From assembly GCA_031409715.1 (NCBI GenBank), contig JANNXU010000084.1, positions 63,704 to 127,703 on the forward strand: DNA of 64,000 nucleotides. Reading direction: 5' to 3'. The notes below the pieces were generated by a model. That model worked only from the letters and a program-made list of their open reading frames with translations, was not told where the DNA came from and did no database searches. Both the position numbers and the translations under genes were made by a program. Shown piece after piece: positions 1-10,374 of this stretch (within the stretch, counting starts at the first letter, position 1; every line of letters begins with the position of its first letter). This stretch comes from Gemmatimonadaceae bacterium (lineage in GTDB: Bacteria > Gemmatimonadota > Gemmatimonadetes > Gemmatimonadales > Gemmatimonadaceae).

Positions 1-615
1 GGGATCGTCGGGCTGCGGTGGTTCGAGGTCACGGTCACCGGCTTCTCGAACCATGCCGGCGCGACGCCGATGGACCAGCGACAGGATGCGATGCTCGCCG
101 CTGCGAAGTTCACGGTCGCGGTGAACGACGCGATCCGCAGCGAACCGGGACGACAGGTGGCGACCGTCGGGCGCCTGAACGTCACGCCGAACACGACCAA
201 CGTCATCCCGGGGCAGGTGGTGCTGACGGTGGACCTGCGTGACCTGAACCCGGCGAAGATCGAGCACTTCACGCAGCGATTCGAGCAGCTCGGTCGCGAG
301 ATCGGCGCGGCCAGCCAGGTGACGTTCGCGTTCACGCGCCTCGTCGAAAGCAGCCCTGCCATCTCCGACGCCCGGCTCATGCTGGCGATCGAGGGCAGCG
401 CGACGGCACTCGGCCTCTCGCATCAGCGCATGCCGAGTGGCGCGGGTCACGACGCGCAGGAGGTGGCGCACATCGCGCCGATGGCGATGATCTTCGTCCC
501 GAGCGTGGGCGGGATCAGCCATTCGCCGAAAGAATTCTCGCGGGCGGCCGACATCACCAATGGCGCGAACGTGCTCATGAACGCCGTCATCGCGGCGGAC
601 GCCGCTCTTCGCTGA
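1..615 (+). CDS. M20-family amidohydrolase (allantoate amidohydrolase / N-carbamoyl-L-amino-acid hydrolase type), C-terminal part; the 5' end lies outside the window
   Basis: Frame 1 is open from nt 1 (GIVGLRWFEVTVTGFSNHAGATPMDQRQDA...) and continues into ORF 70..615. The HAG.TPM..R.DA and SGAGHDAQ motifs are typical of this family. GC3 bias is strong. Confidence 0.8.
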   Translation, partial: GIVGLRWFEVTVTGFSNHAGATPMDQRQDAMLAAAKFTVAVNDAIRSEPGRQVATVGRLNVTPNTTNVIPGQVVLTVDLRDLNPAKIEHFTQRFEQLGREIGAASQVTFAFTRLVESSPAISDARLMLAIEGSATALGLSHQRMPSGAGHDAQEVAHIAPMAMIFVPSVGGISHSPKEFSRAADITNGANVLMNAVIAADAALR

Positions 616-620
616 CGCAC

Positions 621-653
621 GACGCCCCGCCGGTGCATCACCGGCGGGGCGTC
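621..653. terminator. Perfect 15-bp stem / 3-nt loop hairpin between convergent genes (probable bidirectional terminator)
   Basis: GACGCCCCGCCGGTG-cat-CACCGGCGGGGCGTC. It lies 6 nt after the amidohydrolase stop (613-615) and 32 nt from the lon stop (685-687). There is no clear T-tract. Confidence 0.6.
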
Positions 654-684
654 GCGTATTCAGTCGGTCATCGGCACATCACCC

Positions 685-3255
685 TCACAGCGCCGCCAGC
701 TCCCGCTCGATCACCCGCTCCACGTCGCTCTGCGGCACGAGCGCCACCTTCAGCACCTCGTCCAGCGTCTGCACGGGGTGGAAGGTGAGCGTCTGGCGCA
801 CCTCGTCCGGCACGTCCTCGAGATCCGCCTCGTTCGCCTTCGGAATGATCACGTGCCGGATGCCGGCGCGATGCGCGCCAAGCACCTTTTCCTTGAGGCC
901 GCCGATCGGCAGCACGCGGCCGCGCAGCGTGATCTCACCGGTCATCGAGACATCACGGCGCACCGCGCGTCCGCTCATCTCGCTCACCAGCGCCGTGGCA
1001 ATCGCAATGCCGGCGCTGGGGCCATCCTTGGGGATCGCACCGGCGGGCACATGGATGTGCGCCTCCACCGCACCGAGACGGCTGGACGGAATGCCCAGTG
1101 CCGCGGCGTTGTTCATGGCGAACGTGAATGCCGCGCGTGCGCTTTCCTTCATCACATCACCGAGCTGTCCGGTGAGGATGAGCGACACGGGTCCGCTCAC
1201 GCCGAGCCCGTCGGTGATGGTCTCCACCTGCGCGTCGCCCACGGCGGTCCGCAGTGCCGGTCGCGTGCCGGGGCGCCGCACCGAGGCCTCCACGAACATG
1301 ATGTCGCCACCCATCGGCGTGTAGTACATGCCGTTCGCGATGCCGACGGCGTCAGTGTCGCTGATCTTCTCGGGGTGCACCCGCGGACGGCCGAGCAACT
1401 CGCGCACGGCAGCGCTGTCGAGCACCGTCGGCACGGCGGCCGCTTCCTCCCCACCCGAGGCGAGCTTGCGCGCGACCTTGCGCGCCACGGCACCGATCTG
1501 GCGCTCCAGTTGGCGCACACCGGCCTCACGCGTGTACTGGCTGACGACGGTCATGACCGCGTCAGGCGTGAGCGTGATGCCCGCGCTCTTGAGGCCACTC
1601 TCGTCGAACTGGCGCGGCACGAGGTACTGCGTGGCGATGCCGGCCTTCTCCTTCTCGGTGTACCCGCTGAACTCCACCACTTCCATGCGGTCCAGCAGCG
1701 GACCGGGAATGTTCTGGATGAAGTTCGACGTGGCGATGAAGAGCACCTCGCTGAGGTCGAACGGCACGCCGAGGTAGTGATCGGTGAAGCTGTTGTTCTG
1801 CGCGGGGTCGAGCACCTCGAGCAACGCACTCGCGGGATCGCCCTGGAAGCCGGTGCCGAGCTTGTCCACCTCGTCCAGCAGGAAGACGGGGTTGCGCGTG
1901 CCTGCGGCCTTCATGCCGTTGATGATGCGGCCCGGCATCGCACCGACATAGGTGCGGCGATGCCCGCGGATGTCGGCCTCGTCGCGCACGCCGCCAAGCG
2001 CGATGCGCACGTACTCGCGGCCGAGGGCGCGCGCGATCGACTTCGCGATCGACGTCTTGCCCACGCCGGGAGGGCCGTTGAACAGGAGGATGGGGCCGCG
2101 TGCCATCGCCCGCGCCTTCGCCTCCTTGTTGTCGGTGATGGGCTCGGCGTTCGCCGGCGCGGCCTCGTCGTCATTGACGACGCGCACCGCCGGCAGCTCG
2201 CCGGTCTGCTGCAGCTCGGCCTCGAGCTGCTTCGCGCGCAGCTGGCGCACGGCGAGGAACTCGATCACGCGATCCTTGACGTCATCGAGGCCGTAGTGGT
2301 CCTCGGCCAGCACCGCGATGGCGCGTGGCAGGTCGAGCTGGTCGTCGCTGCGCGTGTTCCACGGCAGCTCGGCAATGGACTCGAGGTAGGTGCGGATGAC
2401 CTGCGCCTCCATGCTCTCGCGGCCGGCGCGCTCGAGGCGGCCCAGCTCGCGGTTGACCTCCTTCTGCGCCTCCTTCGGCAGCTCCAGCGCGGCGAGCTTC
2501 TCGCGCAGGGCCTCGACTTCCTTGCTCGAGTCGTCGTCGCCCAGCTCCTTCTGGATCGTCTTCAACTGCTCGCGCAGGAACATCTCGCGCTGGCGGTCGC
2601 CGAGCTCCTCCTGCACCTGGTTCTTGATGTCCTCCTGTGCGGAGAGCATGCCGATCTGCCGCTGCACGTGAACCAGCACGCGGCGGATCCGCTCCTCGAC
2701 GCTGAGCGTCTCCAGCAGCGCCTGCTTCTGCGGCACGTCCACATCCAGATAGCCGGCGACGAGGTCGGCGAAGCGACCCGGCTCGGTCACACTGTCCAGC
2801 ACCTTGTGCACGACCTCCTCGGGGAGGCCGCGCTTTTCGCCCAGCTCCATGGCGCGCTCGCGGGTCTCGCGGTGCAGCGCCTCGAAGGCGGGGTCCTTCT
2901 CGTCGATGGGCTCCATGTCGGCGGTCTGGACCACGGCCGCCGAGAGGTAGCCTTCCGTCTTGATGAACTGGAGGGCGGTGGCGCGGGTCTCGCCCTGCAG
3001 CAGGAGCTGCACGCCGCCGAGGCCCCGCTGGATCTGCCCGATGCGGGCGATCACGCCGGTGGTGTAGAGGTTGTCGCCCGACGGCTCGTCGGAGTTGTCG
3101 CGCTGGGCGACGGCAAAGACGAGGCGGTCGCCCTTCAGCGCCGTCTCGATGGCCCGCAGCGTCCCGGGCCGACCGGCGGCGATGGGGGCGGTGAGGCCGG
3201 GAAAGATCACCTGCCCGCGGAGGGGCAGGACTGGCAGCGTCTGACGTTCGGCCAT
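685..3255 (-). CDS. lon: ATP-dependent Lon protease
   Basis: From ORF 685..3696. The start is placed at ATG 3253-3255 ([20 protein letters not shown], Lon N-domain) with AGGAG 9 nt upstream. Walker A is GPPGVGKTS and the protease site is PKDGPSAG. Length is 856 aa. Confidence 0.95.
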   Translation of the reverse strand: MAERQTLPVLPLRGQVIFPGLTAPIAAGRPGTLRAIETALKGDRLVFAVAQRDNSDEPSGDNLYTTGVIARIGQIQRGLGGVQLLLQGETRATALQFIKTEGYLSAAVVQTADMEPIDEKDPAFEALHRETRERAMELGEKRGLPEEVVHKVLDSVTEPGRFADLVAGYLDVDVPQKQALLETLSVEERIRRVLVHVQRQIGMLSAQEDIKNQVQEELGDRQREMFLREQLKTIQKELGDDDSSKEVEALREKLAALELPKEAQKEVNRELGRLERAGRESMEAQVIRTYLESIAELPWNTRSDDQLDLPRAIAVLAEDHYGLDDVKDRVIEFLAVRQLRAKQLEAELQQTGELPAVRVVNDDEAAPANAEPITDNKEAKARAMARGPILLFNGPPGVGKTSIAKSIARALGREYVRIALGGVRDEADIRGHRRTYVGAMPGRIINGMKAAGTRNPVFLLDEVDKLGTGFQGDPASALLEVLDPAQNNSFTDHYLGVPFDLSEVLFIATSNFIQNIPGPLLDRMEVVEFSGYTEKEKAGIATQYLVPRQFDESGLKSAGITLTPDAVMTVVSQYTREAGVRQLERQIGAVARKVARKLASGGEEAAAVPTVLDSAAVRELLGRPRVHPEKISDTDAVGIANGMYYTPMGGDIMFVEASVRRPGTRPALRTAVGDAQVETITDGLGVSGPVSLILTGQLGDVMKESARAAFTFAMNNAAALGIPSSRLGAVEAHIHVPAGAIPKDGPSAGIAIATALVSEMSGRAVRRDVSMTGEITLRGRVLPIGGLKEKVLGAHRAGIRHVIIPKANEADLEDVPDEVRQTLTFHPVQTLDEVLKVALVPQSDVERVIERELAAL

Positions 3256-3581
3256 GTGGTGGCGCTCCTGCGATGGGCAACCGTGGCAAGGGTGTCCCGG
3301 ATACGATACGGACATGACCGACAGTGCGCTTCGTCCCGCGACCCCTGCCAGGGGTCCGGGTCGTGTGAGGTCGGTCACGTCACCTGCTTTCTCCTCTCGC
3401 AAGGCTCGGGCGCACCCCGCCGTGCCACTTCGGCACCCTCGCCCAAACTTTTCCAGCCTGACTGGCGTACGAGGTGCCACATGGTCAGCACGCTGCAGGA
3501 GATCGACCCCCGGGCCCGCAATCCGTTCCGCGTCATCCCGTCCTGTCCGGTGCGACCTCGCCTCCTCCGGGTGGTTCCGGG

Positions 3582-5621
3582 ATGCTATCCTACGTCGACC
3601 GTAATCCTCTCCCTTTTCGCCGGCCCCACGTGCCTGATCCGGTAGATGCCACCGCCGACAACGAGTTGTTGGCGCGAGTGGAGCGCGCCCTTGCACCGCA
3701 GTACGAGGTGGAAGGTGAGCTCGGGCGTGGCGGCATGGGCATCGTCTATCGCGCCCGCGACACGCGGCTGAAGCGCTCGGTGGCGGTGAAGCTGCTGCCG
3801 CCCGAGCTGGCGTACCGGACGGAGATCAAGTCCCGCTTCCTGCGCGAGGCGGAGATGGCTGCCCAGCTCTCGCATCCGAACATCGTGCCGATCTATTCGG
3901 TCGACGAGAAGGACGGGCTGGTGTACTTCATCATGGCGTGCGTGGACGGCGACAATCTCGGGAAGCAGATGGCCACGCGCGGCCCACTGCCGGTGGCGGA
4001 GGTGCGTCGCATCATGCGGGAGGTGGCGGGTGCGCTCGCCTTCGCCCATGCGCGCAAGTTCATCCATCGCGACATCAAGCCGGACAACATCCTGGTCGAC
4101 AAGGATGACGGCCGCGCCATCGTCACCGACTTCGGCATCGCGCGCGCCGTGCAGGATGGCGCCGAGACGCGGCTCACGGCGACCGGCATCGCGATCGGCA
4201 CACCGGCGTACATGAGCCCCGAGCAGTGCGCCGGCGAGCGCGAGATCGATGGCCGTGCCGACCTGTATGCGCTGGGCACGCTCGGCTACCAGATGCTGGC
4301 GGGGCGGCTGCCGTTCGAGGCGACCAGCACGCCGGCGCTGCTCGTGAAGCAGCTCTCGGAGAAGCCGCGGCCGATCGTTGAACGGCGCCCCGACACGCCC
4401 CCCGACCTCGCGGGCATCATCATGCGCCTGCTGGAGAAGGACCCGGCGGCGCGCTTCGGGACGGCGGACGAACTCGCGGCGGCGCTCGACGGGCGAATCT
4501 CGTCCGGCTACAAGGCCCCGCCGGCCAACCGCACGCCGACACCGCTGATGAGTCAGTCGCCGCAGCCGTCGTGGGTGTTCGACGGGTCGCGGTCGGCGGC
4601 GGGCGGTGCCGTGCCGTCCGCGCCATACGGTGCCGCAACCAGCGAGGAAGTCGCGCGCTGGTATGCGCCGCAGGTCGTGAAGTTCCGGAAGGGCCTCGCA
4701 CCGTTCCTCACCTTCGCCGGCGTGGCAGTGGCGCTGAAGATCGTGAATGTCGTCGACCTCACGGTGGTGCCGGCGTTCTGGTCGATCGGCATCGCGATGG
4801 GCTACGCGAAGCTCTGGCAGGCAGGTTTCGACTGGCGCGACGTCTTCAAGCAGCCGCGCCACGTGTTGCTGGCCGATGTCGTCTCGGAAAAGGCGGATGA
4901 CGTGCAGGCGCTGTGGGACCCGAACAAGCGCAACATCGTCCGCGAACGGCAGCGGCTTCGTGTCGAGTCGGGCTCGGACGGTTCGTTCTACTCGGCCACC
5001 GACCGGATGATGAGCGACGGCGCGCTGCCGCCCGGCGTCACGCCCGGGTCGCCAGCGGCCGAGCAGGCACGGTACGGTGCGTGGTACGACGCGGTGCGTG
5101 ACGGGATCGGCGACCGGGCCGAGATCCAGCGCATGTACGAGTCGCTGCCGAAGGGAGAGAAAGGCATCGCGAGCGGGATCGTCGCCAACGCTGACGAACT
5201 GCTCTCGGCGGTGAAGTCGGAGGCCGCACAACTGGCGGACCTCGACCGCAACCCGGTCCAGCTGCCGGATGTCGCGCGCATCGAGCAGGAGATCACGCTG
5301 CTGGAATCGCAGGCGAATCCGCTCGAGCAGCGCAGCGAGGAGCGGGTGCGCCGCCTGGTGCGGTTGCGCCGCGAGAGTCGGCAGGCGGCCACGGAATCCG
5401 ATCGCCGCCGACGGTCGACCGACCGGCTGGAGCGCGCGCGGGCGGCGCTGCGGTCGATCCGCTTCGAGCTGGTCAAGCTGCGCACCGGCGCGTCGGCCTC
5501 GGGATCGACGGTCCACGTGACGCAGCTGGCGGAACGCGCGCAGGAGCTGGCGCGTGACGTCGACGCCGTGCTCGCCGCGGTTGGCAGCACGGGGTCGCGC
5601 GCGCCACGGGGCACCCGCTGA
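3582..5621 (+). CDS. Ser/Thr protein kinase (Hanks type) with two TM helices and a long charged C-terminal tail
   Basis: Motifs: GRGGMGIVYRA glycine loop, HRDIKPDNILV, DFGIARA, GTPAYMSPEQ. These are followed by a Pro-rich linker, hydrophobic segments (LAPFLTFAGVAVALKIV, VVPAFWSIGIAMGYAKLW) and a ~300-aa Arg/Glu/Leu-rich tail. The start at ATG 3582 is an inference, since the upstream ORF part is Pro/Arg-rich. Confidence 0.85.
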   Translation: MLSYVDRNPLPFRRPHVPDPVDATADNELLARVERALAPQYEVEGELGRGGMGIVYRARDTRLKRSVAVKLLPPELAYRTEIKSRFLREAEMAAQLSHPNIVPIYSVDEKDGLVYFIMACVDGDNLGKQMATRGPLPVAEVRRIMREVAGALAFAHARKFIHRDIKPDNILVDKDDGRAIVTDFGIARAVQDGAETRLTATGIAIGTPAYMSPEQCAGEREIDGRADLYALGTLGYQMLAGRLPFEATSTPALLVKQLSEKPRPIVERRPDTPPDLAGIIMRLLEKDPAARFGTADELAAALDGRISSGYKAPPANRTPTPLMSQSPQPSWVFDGSRSAAGGAVPSAPYGAATSEEVARWYAPQVVKFRKGLAPFLTFAGVAVALKIVNVVDLTVVPAFWSIGIAMGYAKLWQAGFDWRDVFKQPRHVLLADVVSEKADDVQALWDPNKRNIVRERQRLRVESGSDGSFYSATDRMMSDGALPPGVTPGSPAAEQARYGAWYDAVRDGIGDRAEIQRMYESLPKGEKGIASGIVANADELLSAVKSEAAQLADLDRNPVQLPDVARIEQEITLLESQANPLEQRSEERVRRLVRLRRESRQAATESDRRRRSTDRLERARAALRSIRFELVKLRTGASASGSTVHVTQLAERAQELARDVDAVLAAVGSTGSRAPRGTR

Positions 5622-5640
5622 TCGCGGGGCGACGCGCCCC

Positions 5641-7815
5641 ATGACGACCCCTGCGCCGGTCAGCGGCGACGAACTGCGCCAACGCCTCGCCGCCGCGCTC
5701 GCGCCGGCGTACACGGTGGAGGCGGAGCTCGGACGCGGCGGGATGAGCGTGGTCTATCGCGCCCACGACGTTCGCCTGCGCCGCGATGTGGCGATCAAGG
5801 TGCTCCCCCCGGAACTGGCGTTCGTCGCGAACGTGCGTGAACGATTCATGCGCGAGGCGCAGACGGCGGCGCAGCTCGCGCATCCGCACATCGTGCCGAT
5901 CTACGGCGTCGAGGAGCGCGACCGGCTGTCGTGGATCGTGATGGCACTCATCGAGGGTGAGACACTCGGCCAGCGACTGTCGCGGGAGGGATGCATCGAT
6001 GGGCCGGAGACGGAGCGGATCCTCAGCGGCGTTGCCGCCGCGTTGGCGTACGCGCACGCGCACGGCGTGATCCACCGCGACATCAAGCCGGACAACATCC
6101 TCCTCGAGCGTGGCACGCGACGTGTGCTCGTGACGGACTTCGGTATCGCGCGCGCCGCCGAGGGCGATGGGCGGCTGACGCTAACCGGCGTGGCCGTCGG
6201 CACACCGACCTACATGAGCCCCGAGCAGGCGATCGGCGATGGAGAAGTGGATGGCCGCTCAGACCTCTACTCGCTGGCCGTGGTCGGCTACCAGATGCTG
6301 GCCGGGGCACCGCCCTTCACGGCCACCAGCACGCCGGCGCTGCTGCTGAAGCAGGTGAGTTCGCCCTTGCCGGCACTGTCCGAGCGGGCGCCGTCGGCGC
6401 CGGTGACGTTGGTGGCGGCGATCGAGCGGGCGCTGGCGAAGAAGCCGGCGGACCGGTTCGACTCGCTGGAGGCGTTCGCGAGCGCCATGCGCGATCCGCC
6501 GGCTGCCGCGCCGCGGTCGGCGCCGCAGGGGCTGCGCAACCCGCCGGTGATCGGTGTGCCGGCGATGCCGCGTCCGGTGCGCGACCTCGTGCAGGACCGC
6601 GCGCCGGCGCAGGTACCACCGCTGCGGCCATCGCTGCCCGTGCCACCCCGGCCGCCGGTCCCGCTGGCAGGCGCGAATTCGGTGCCGGCGTGGGTGTACG
6701 GGGCCAGCGCCGACGCGCCGAGCATCGCGATGCGCGCGGCGAGCTTCCGGCGGCGGGCGCGCCGCACCGTCGTGATCATCGGCGGCCTCGCGCTGATCAA
6801 CGCCGTCACCTCGGCGGGGGCGCCGTGGGTGATGTTTCCCGCCTTCGCGATGCTGGTCGGCCTTTCGGCACGCTGGCGGCCGCTTGGTGATGCCGGGTTG
6901 GGGTTCCTGAACGTCGTGCTCGACCGGGAAGCCGAGCGAGTGGCGGGCGTGGAGCCGTCGGTGCCGGCGGTGCTGTTCAGCAACAGTCTGGCCGGCCGGG
7001 CGCGGCGGTTCGTCCGCCGGATCAAGACGGCGGCCGTGGCGGCCGGCGTCGGAGTCGTCTCGCTCGTCATTGGCGCGACGCTGCACGCCGAGCCGCTGGG
7101 CGCGTTCGCGGCCCTGAGCGGGGTTGGCGCGTTCGTGTCCGTGATGGCCGCCATCCGCTCCGCGCGGCCACTGACGCGGCTCGGCTTCCGGTATCGCGAG
7201 CTGATGAACGGCACCTGGCGCGACGGCGAGGCCTCACGTGCGCCGGGCACGGCGTTCCGGCTGCGCGAGGAGGAGGTGTCGCAGCTCGCGCCACCGGATG
7301 TGGTGATGAGCGGCTATGGCGAACGCCTGCGTCTGGCAGTGGACGACCGGACGGCGATCCGCCAGCAGATGGTGCGCCTTGGCGGCGCGGCGGGCGCGCT
7401 GATGCCGGATGTGGTGCCGACGGTGGATGCGCTCGTGTCACGGATTGCCGAGATCGCGGCGTCGCTGCACCAGCTCGACCGGGACATGGGAGCCGCCGGC
7501 GATGGTTCGCTGGACGCCCGGATCCGCGAGTTGCGAGGGCAGGGCGTGCCCGACGACGACCGCATGCTGGCACTGTTGCTCCGGCAGCGGCAGTCACTGT
7601 CCGACCTGGAAGGCCGTCGCGGCATGCTGCGATCCAAGCTGGAAAGCGCCTCGGTGACTTTGCAGAACCTGCGACTGGATGTGCTTCGGCTGGGTTCGAT
7701 GGGTCTGGAGGCGCCAGCGCGCCGTGACGTCGGGCAGGCCACGGAGCAGGCGCGGGCGCTGTCGAAAGATCTGGCGTACCTGCTGGAAGGGGCGCGGGAA
7801 GCGGACCGGTACTGA
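5641..7815 (+). CDS. Ser/Thr protein kinase (Hanks type), paralog of the preceding gene, with about four TM segments and a coiled-coil-like tail
   Basis: Motifs: GRGGMSVVYRA, HRDIKPDNILL, DFGIARA, GTPTYMSPEQ. A Pro-rich linker and several hydrophobic helices follow, then an Arg/Leu/Asp-rich C-terminus. The start at ATG 5641 (MTTPAPVSGDELRQRL) lies 19 nt after the upstream stop. Confidence 0.85.
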   Translation: MTTPAPVSGDELRQRLAAALAPAYTVEAELGRGGMSVVYRAHDVRLRRDVAIKVLPPELAFVANVRERFMREAQTAAQLAHPHIVPIYGVEERDRLSWIVMALIEGETLGQRLSREGCIDGPETERILSGVAAALAYAHAHGVIHRDIKPDNILLERGTRRVLVTDFGIARAAEGDGRLTLTGVAVGTPTYMSPEQAIGDGEVDGRSDLYSLAVVGYQMLAGAPPFTATSTPALLLKQVSSPLPALSERAPSAPVTLVAAIERALAKKPADRFDSLEAFASAMRDPPAAAPRSAPQGLRNPPVIGVPAMPRPVRDLVQDRAPAQVPPLRPSLPVPPRPPVPLAGANSVPAWVYGASADAPSIAMRAASFRRRARRTVVIIGGLALINAVTSAGAPWVMFPAFAMLVGLSARWRPLGDAGLGFLNVVLDREAERVAGVEPSVPAVLFSNSLAGRARRFVRRIKTAAVAAGVGVVSLVIGATLHAEPLGAFAALSGVGAFVSVMAAIRSARPLTRLGFRYRELMNGTWRDGEASRAPGTAFRLREEEVSQLAPPDVVMSGYGERLRLAVDDRTAIRQQMVRLGGAAGALMPDVVPTVDALVSRIAEIAASLHQLDRDMGAAGDGSLDARIRELRGQGVPDDDRMLALLLRQRQSLSDLEGRRGMLRSKLESASVTLQNLRLDVLRLGSMGLEAPARRDVGQATEQARALSKDLAYLLEGAREADRY

Positions 7816-7869
7816 GTCCACACGGCCTTCCCCGGTCTCAGCGGCAACGGAACATCGCAGCAGCAACGA

Positions 7870-8009
7870 AACAGCAGAACGCCAAGGCGCCGAGGGACTG
7901 AGAGGCGCGAAGGAAGGACTTCTGGGCTAGTCGACCCGCATCGGGAGCGCTGTTCCCAAGGCTGTACGTCGCGTCTTTCGGTTCCTCGGCGCCTTGGCGT
8001 TCTGCTGTT
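7870..8009. repeat. Perfect 26-bp inverted repeat (A-type module pair) between convergent genes
   Basis: AACAGCAGAACGCCAAGGCGCCGAGG at 7870-7895 and its exact reverse complement at 7984-8009. Both are flanked outward by CAG/CAA (left) and GTT/GCT (right) runs. Confidence 0.9.
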
Positions 8010-8040
8010 CAGTTGTTGTTGTTGCTGCTGCTGATTCTGC

Positions 8041-8862
8041 CTATCGCTCGACGAGGGCGGTGATGATTTCGGCCAGTCGCTCGGGCGATTCCTCGGGGAG
8101 GAAGTGGCGGCCGGACTCCAGGACGTCGAGTGTGGAGCCGCGGATCGCCTGCTCGAGCCGGCGGGCGGCGGCGACGGAGATGAAGGGGTCGTGGGCGCCG
8201 TGGACGATGGCGGTGGGCGCCGGGACCGATCCAAGCCGTGCGCCGATCTCCATCGTGTCGGCGCTGTCGAGTGCCTCGAGGTGGGCGACGTGGAGGTCGC
8301 GGCCGGCAGGGGTGGCGAAATTGCGGATGTAGCGGTCGATGGAGCGGGAGGCCAGTTCGGCGTCGACGAAGCCGCGCGCGAGGTCGGTCTTGAGCACTCC
8401 AAGGAGCCATGTGGCGGGAAGGTGGCGCGTCAGTGGCAGTGTAGCGCGCGCCATTTTCACTTCTCTCGACGGCCACTCATCGAAGCAGACGCTGCTGACG
8501 AGGCAGAGATGCGAGACCCGGTGTGGCGCCCGCACGGCGACCGCCTGTGCGATGCCGCCACCGACGTCATGGCCGATGAGGCAGGCGCGGTTGATTCCGA
8601 GCAGATCCAGCAGCACGAGCAGGCGGTCGGCGTGCGCCCGGATGTCGAGCGTGAGCGCGCCCGGCGGGTCGCTCCGGCCATACCCCAGCAGATCCAGCAC
8701 AACGACACGCCGCCCGTCGGGGAGGAGCGGAACCAGTTCCTGCCACAGGTGCGACGAGGTGGGGAAGCCGTGGATGAGCACCAGCGGCTCGCCGCCGCCA
8801 CGGGTGCCGGCCGCGTAGTAGTACAGGCGCGCGCCGCCGACGTCGAGGAACTCGCCGCGCAC
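8041..8862 (-). CDS. Alpha/beta-fold hydrolase
   Basis: The core is LVLIHGFPTSSHLWQ...LDLLGYGRSD...LIGHDVGGGIA (nucleophile elbow G-H-D-V-G). The ORF runs to 9150, but its N-terminal part looks non-coding. The start is tentatively the in-frame GTG 8860-8862 and remains uncertain. Confidence 0.75.
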   Translation of the reverse strand: MRGEFLDVGGARLYYYAAGTRGGGEPLVLIHGFPTSSHLWQELVPLLPDGRRVVVLDLLGYGRSDPPGALTLDIRAHADRLLVLLDLLGINRACLIGHDVGGGIAQAVAVRAPHRVSHLCLVSSVCFDEWPSREVKMARATLPLTRHLPATWLLGVLKTDLARGFVDAELASRSIDRYIRNFATPAGRDLHVAHLEALDSADTMEIGARLGSVPAPTAIVHGAHDPFISVAAARRLEQAIRGSTLDVLESGRHFLPEESPERLAEIITALVER

Positions 8863-9173
8863 TACGACCGTGTCCGTGTTTCGGGGGAATGAATCCGTCA
8901 GTCTCCAGCAGGGACCGGGCAGTCCGGTCGTGGCTTCGGTTCGGGGATTTACACCCGTCGCCGTCGAAGGGTACGCCTGGTGATGCGAGGCGCAAATGGT
9001 TGCCGTCGGACCATCGGCGTGCCGGCGGAGGCTCCGGTCGACGACGCCTGGGCACGCCGTCAGAGGATTCGTGCCGGGGTGAGAATTTTCGAGCACACCC
9101 CATGCCACGGCGCCGCCTTCTGTAGTAGCTTGGAGGTTGTTGTGGCGCAACGTGTTCCGTCCGCACCCCTCCT

Positions 9174-10361
9174 GTGACCGACCTTCCTGAACTCGAGACC
9201 GGCCTCCCTGCCGCCGCGCTGACGCCTCCCCCGGCCGATGTGCCCGCAGCCCCGCCGCCGCCGCCGCCCAAGCCCGTGCTCCCGGATATGCCGACCTCGC
9301 CGGTGCGAGTGCCGGTTCGCTGGCTCATGCGTGAGGGGACCGGCGCGGTGCAGTACCGGGCGATGGTGGAACTGGGCAAGCTCATGCCGGCCGCCGATGC
9401 GCAGCGCGTGACCCTGACGCAGGAGTCGGCGATCCGCTGCGCGGTGACGCTGCATGCCGACGGGCACTGGAACCGTCGACTGTTCCCGCTGCCAGGGGCG
9501 GCGCCGCACACCGCCACCTTCTCCGCCTTCCGTCACCTGCTCGAGTGCGGCTGGGATCGCGAGTCACCGCCACTGGCGGTGGCCCGACGCTTCCTCTTCC
9601 GCCTGTTGTCGATGGACGAGGATCCGGCGAACCTGTTCGAACTGGCGGAGGAGGCCGGGACCAACAAGGAACTGGCCAAGCGGCTGCGCGCGCACGTGCG
9701 CGTGGAGGCCGCGGCGCTGCTGGCGCAGGCCGGATACGAGCGAGATCCGCGGGTGCGCGGCGCGGCCATCCGTGCGACACAGAAGGTGATGGACTACCTG
9801 CGTTCGCCGCTGGCGGCGAAGCCGTGGATCCGAGTCGGCAACAAGCAGGTGCTTGCGTCCGAGGCCGCTCCGCCAACGCTCGGGTTCCTGCGGATGGTGG
9901 CCTTCATGCCCGAGCTCCGCACGGAGTATCACATGGGCATGGAGCTGCTCGGCCGGCACCTGATGCAGACCGAGCCGCGTCAGGAGCCGGTGCAGCAGAT
10001 CGACGGCATGCTGGTCACGGTGCCGCACATGGTGCTCGGTGATCGCCTGCCGCACCGGAATGCGCTCGAGGCCGACGTTCCTGCCGCGCTGCACTGGCTG
10101 GAGATCATGGTGCGCATGGGCGTGTTCAAGCGGCACGAGCCGTGGATCAAGATGTTCGAGCGCTTCGTGGAGAGCGCCGACCGCTACGGCGTGTGGCATC
10201 CGATGAAGGGTGATGCGATGCCGGCGACGACGGCGCCCGACCTGATCGGATGGTTCCCGCTCGAGGATGTCTCGACCGAGGGTGAGCGGCGGTGGAGTGA
10301 CGTCACCCTGCGCGTGTCGCTGATCGCGAAGCTGATCGGGCGTGACCTGACGCTCGTCTGA
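9174..10361 (+). CDS. Hypothetical protein with a Pro-rich N-terminus
   Basis: A 395-aa ORF with strong GC3 bias and a GTG start. I recognised no family; the sequence is helix-rich with DGHW-like motifs. Confidence 0.6.
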   Translation: MTDLPELETGLPAAALTPPPADVPAAPPPPPPKPVLPDMPTSPVRVPVRWLMREGTGAVQYRAMVELGKLMPAADAQRVTLTQESAIRCAVTLHADGHWNRRLFPLPGAAPHTATFSAFRHLLECGWDRESPPLAVARRFLFRLLSMDEDPANLFELAEEAGTNKELAKRLRAHVRVEAAALLAQAGYERDPRVRGAAIRATQKVMDYLRSPLAAKPWIRVGNKQVLASEAAPPTLGFLRMVAFMPELRTEYHMGMELLGRHLMQTEPRQEPVQQIDGMLVTVPHMVLGDRLPHRNALEADVPAALHWLEIMVRMGVFKRHEPWIKMFERFVESADRYGVWHPMKGDAMPATTAPDLIGWFPLEDVSTEGERRWSDVTLRVSLIAKLIGRDLTLV

Positions 10362-10374
10362 GCCGGCGGCTCCG

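Noticed and set aside
778-3645. A 955-aa ORF on the plus strand overlapping lon, plus several nested ORFs on both strands.
   Set aside because: It is the mirror ORF of a real, motif-rich gene in a high-GC genome. Its composition is Arg/Ala/His/Gly-rich with no motifs, and the wrong codon position carries the GC bias.
3256-3696. N-terminal extensions of ORF-track calls, such as lon 3256-3696, BNR 39548-39772, FAD 41025-41396, amidase 46375-46575, imuB 56414-56566 and HAD 14557-15159.
   Set aside because: The extensions are Arg/Pro-rich, lack family similarity, and precede internal starts that have RBS or -10 signals and canonical N-termini or signal peptides.
3585-5714. A 709-aa minus-strand ORF opposite the first kinase. 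Similar cases are 5473..6075, 6259..7250 and 7314..8402.
   Set aside because: These are antisense GC artefacts. The kinase motifs on the plus strand are unambiguous.
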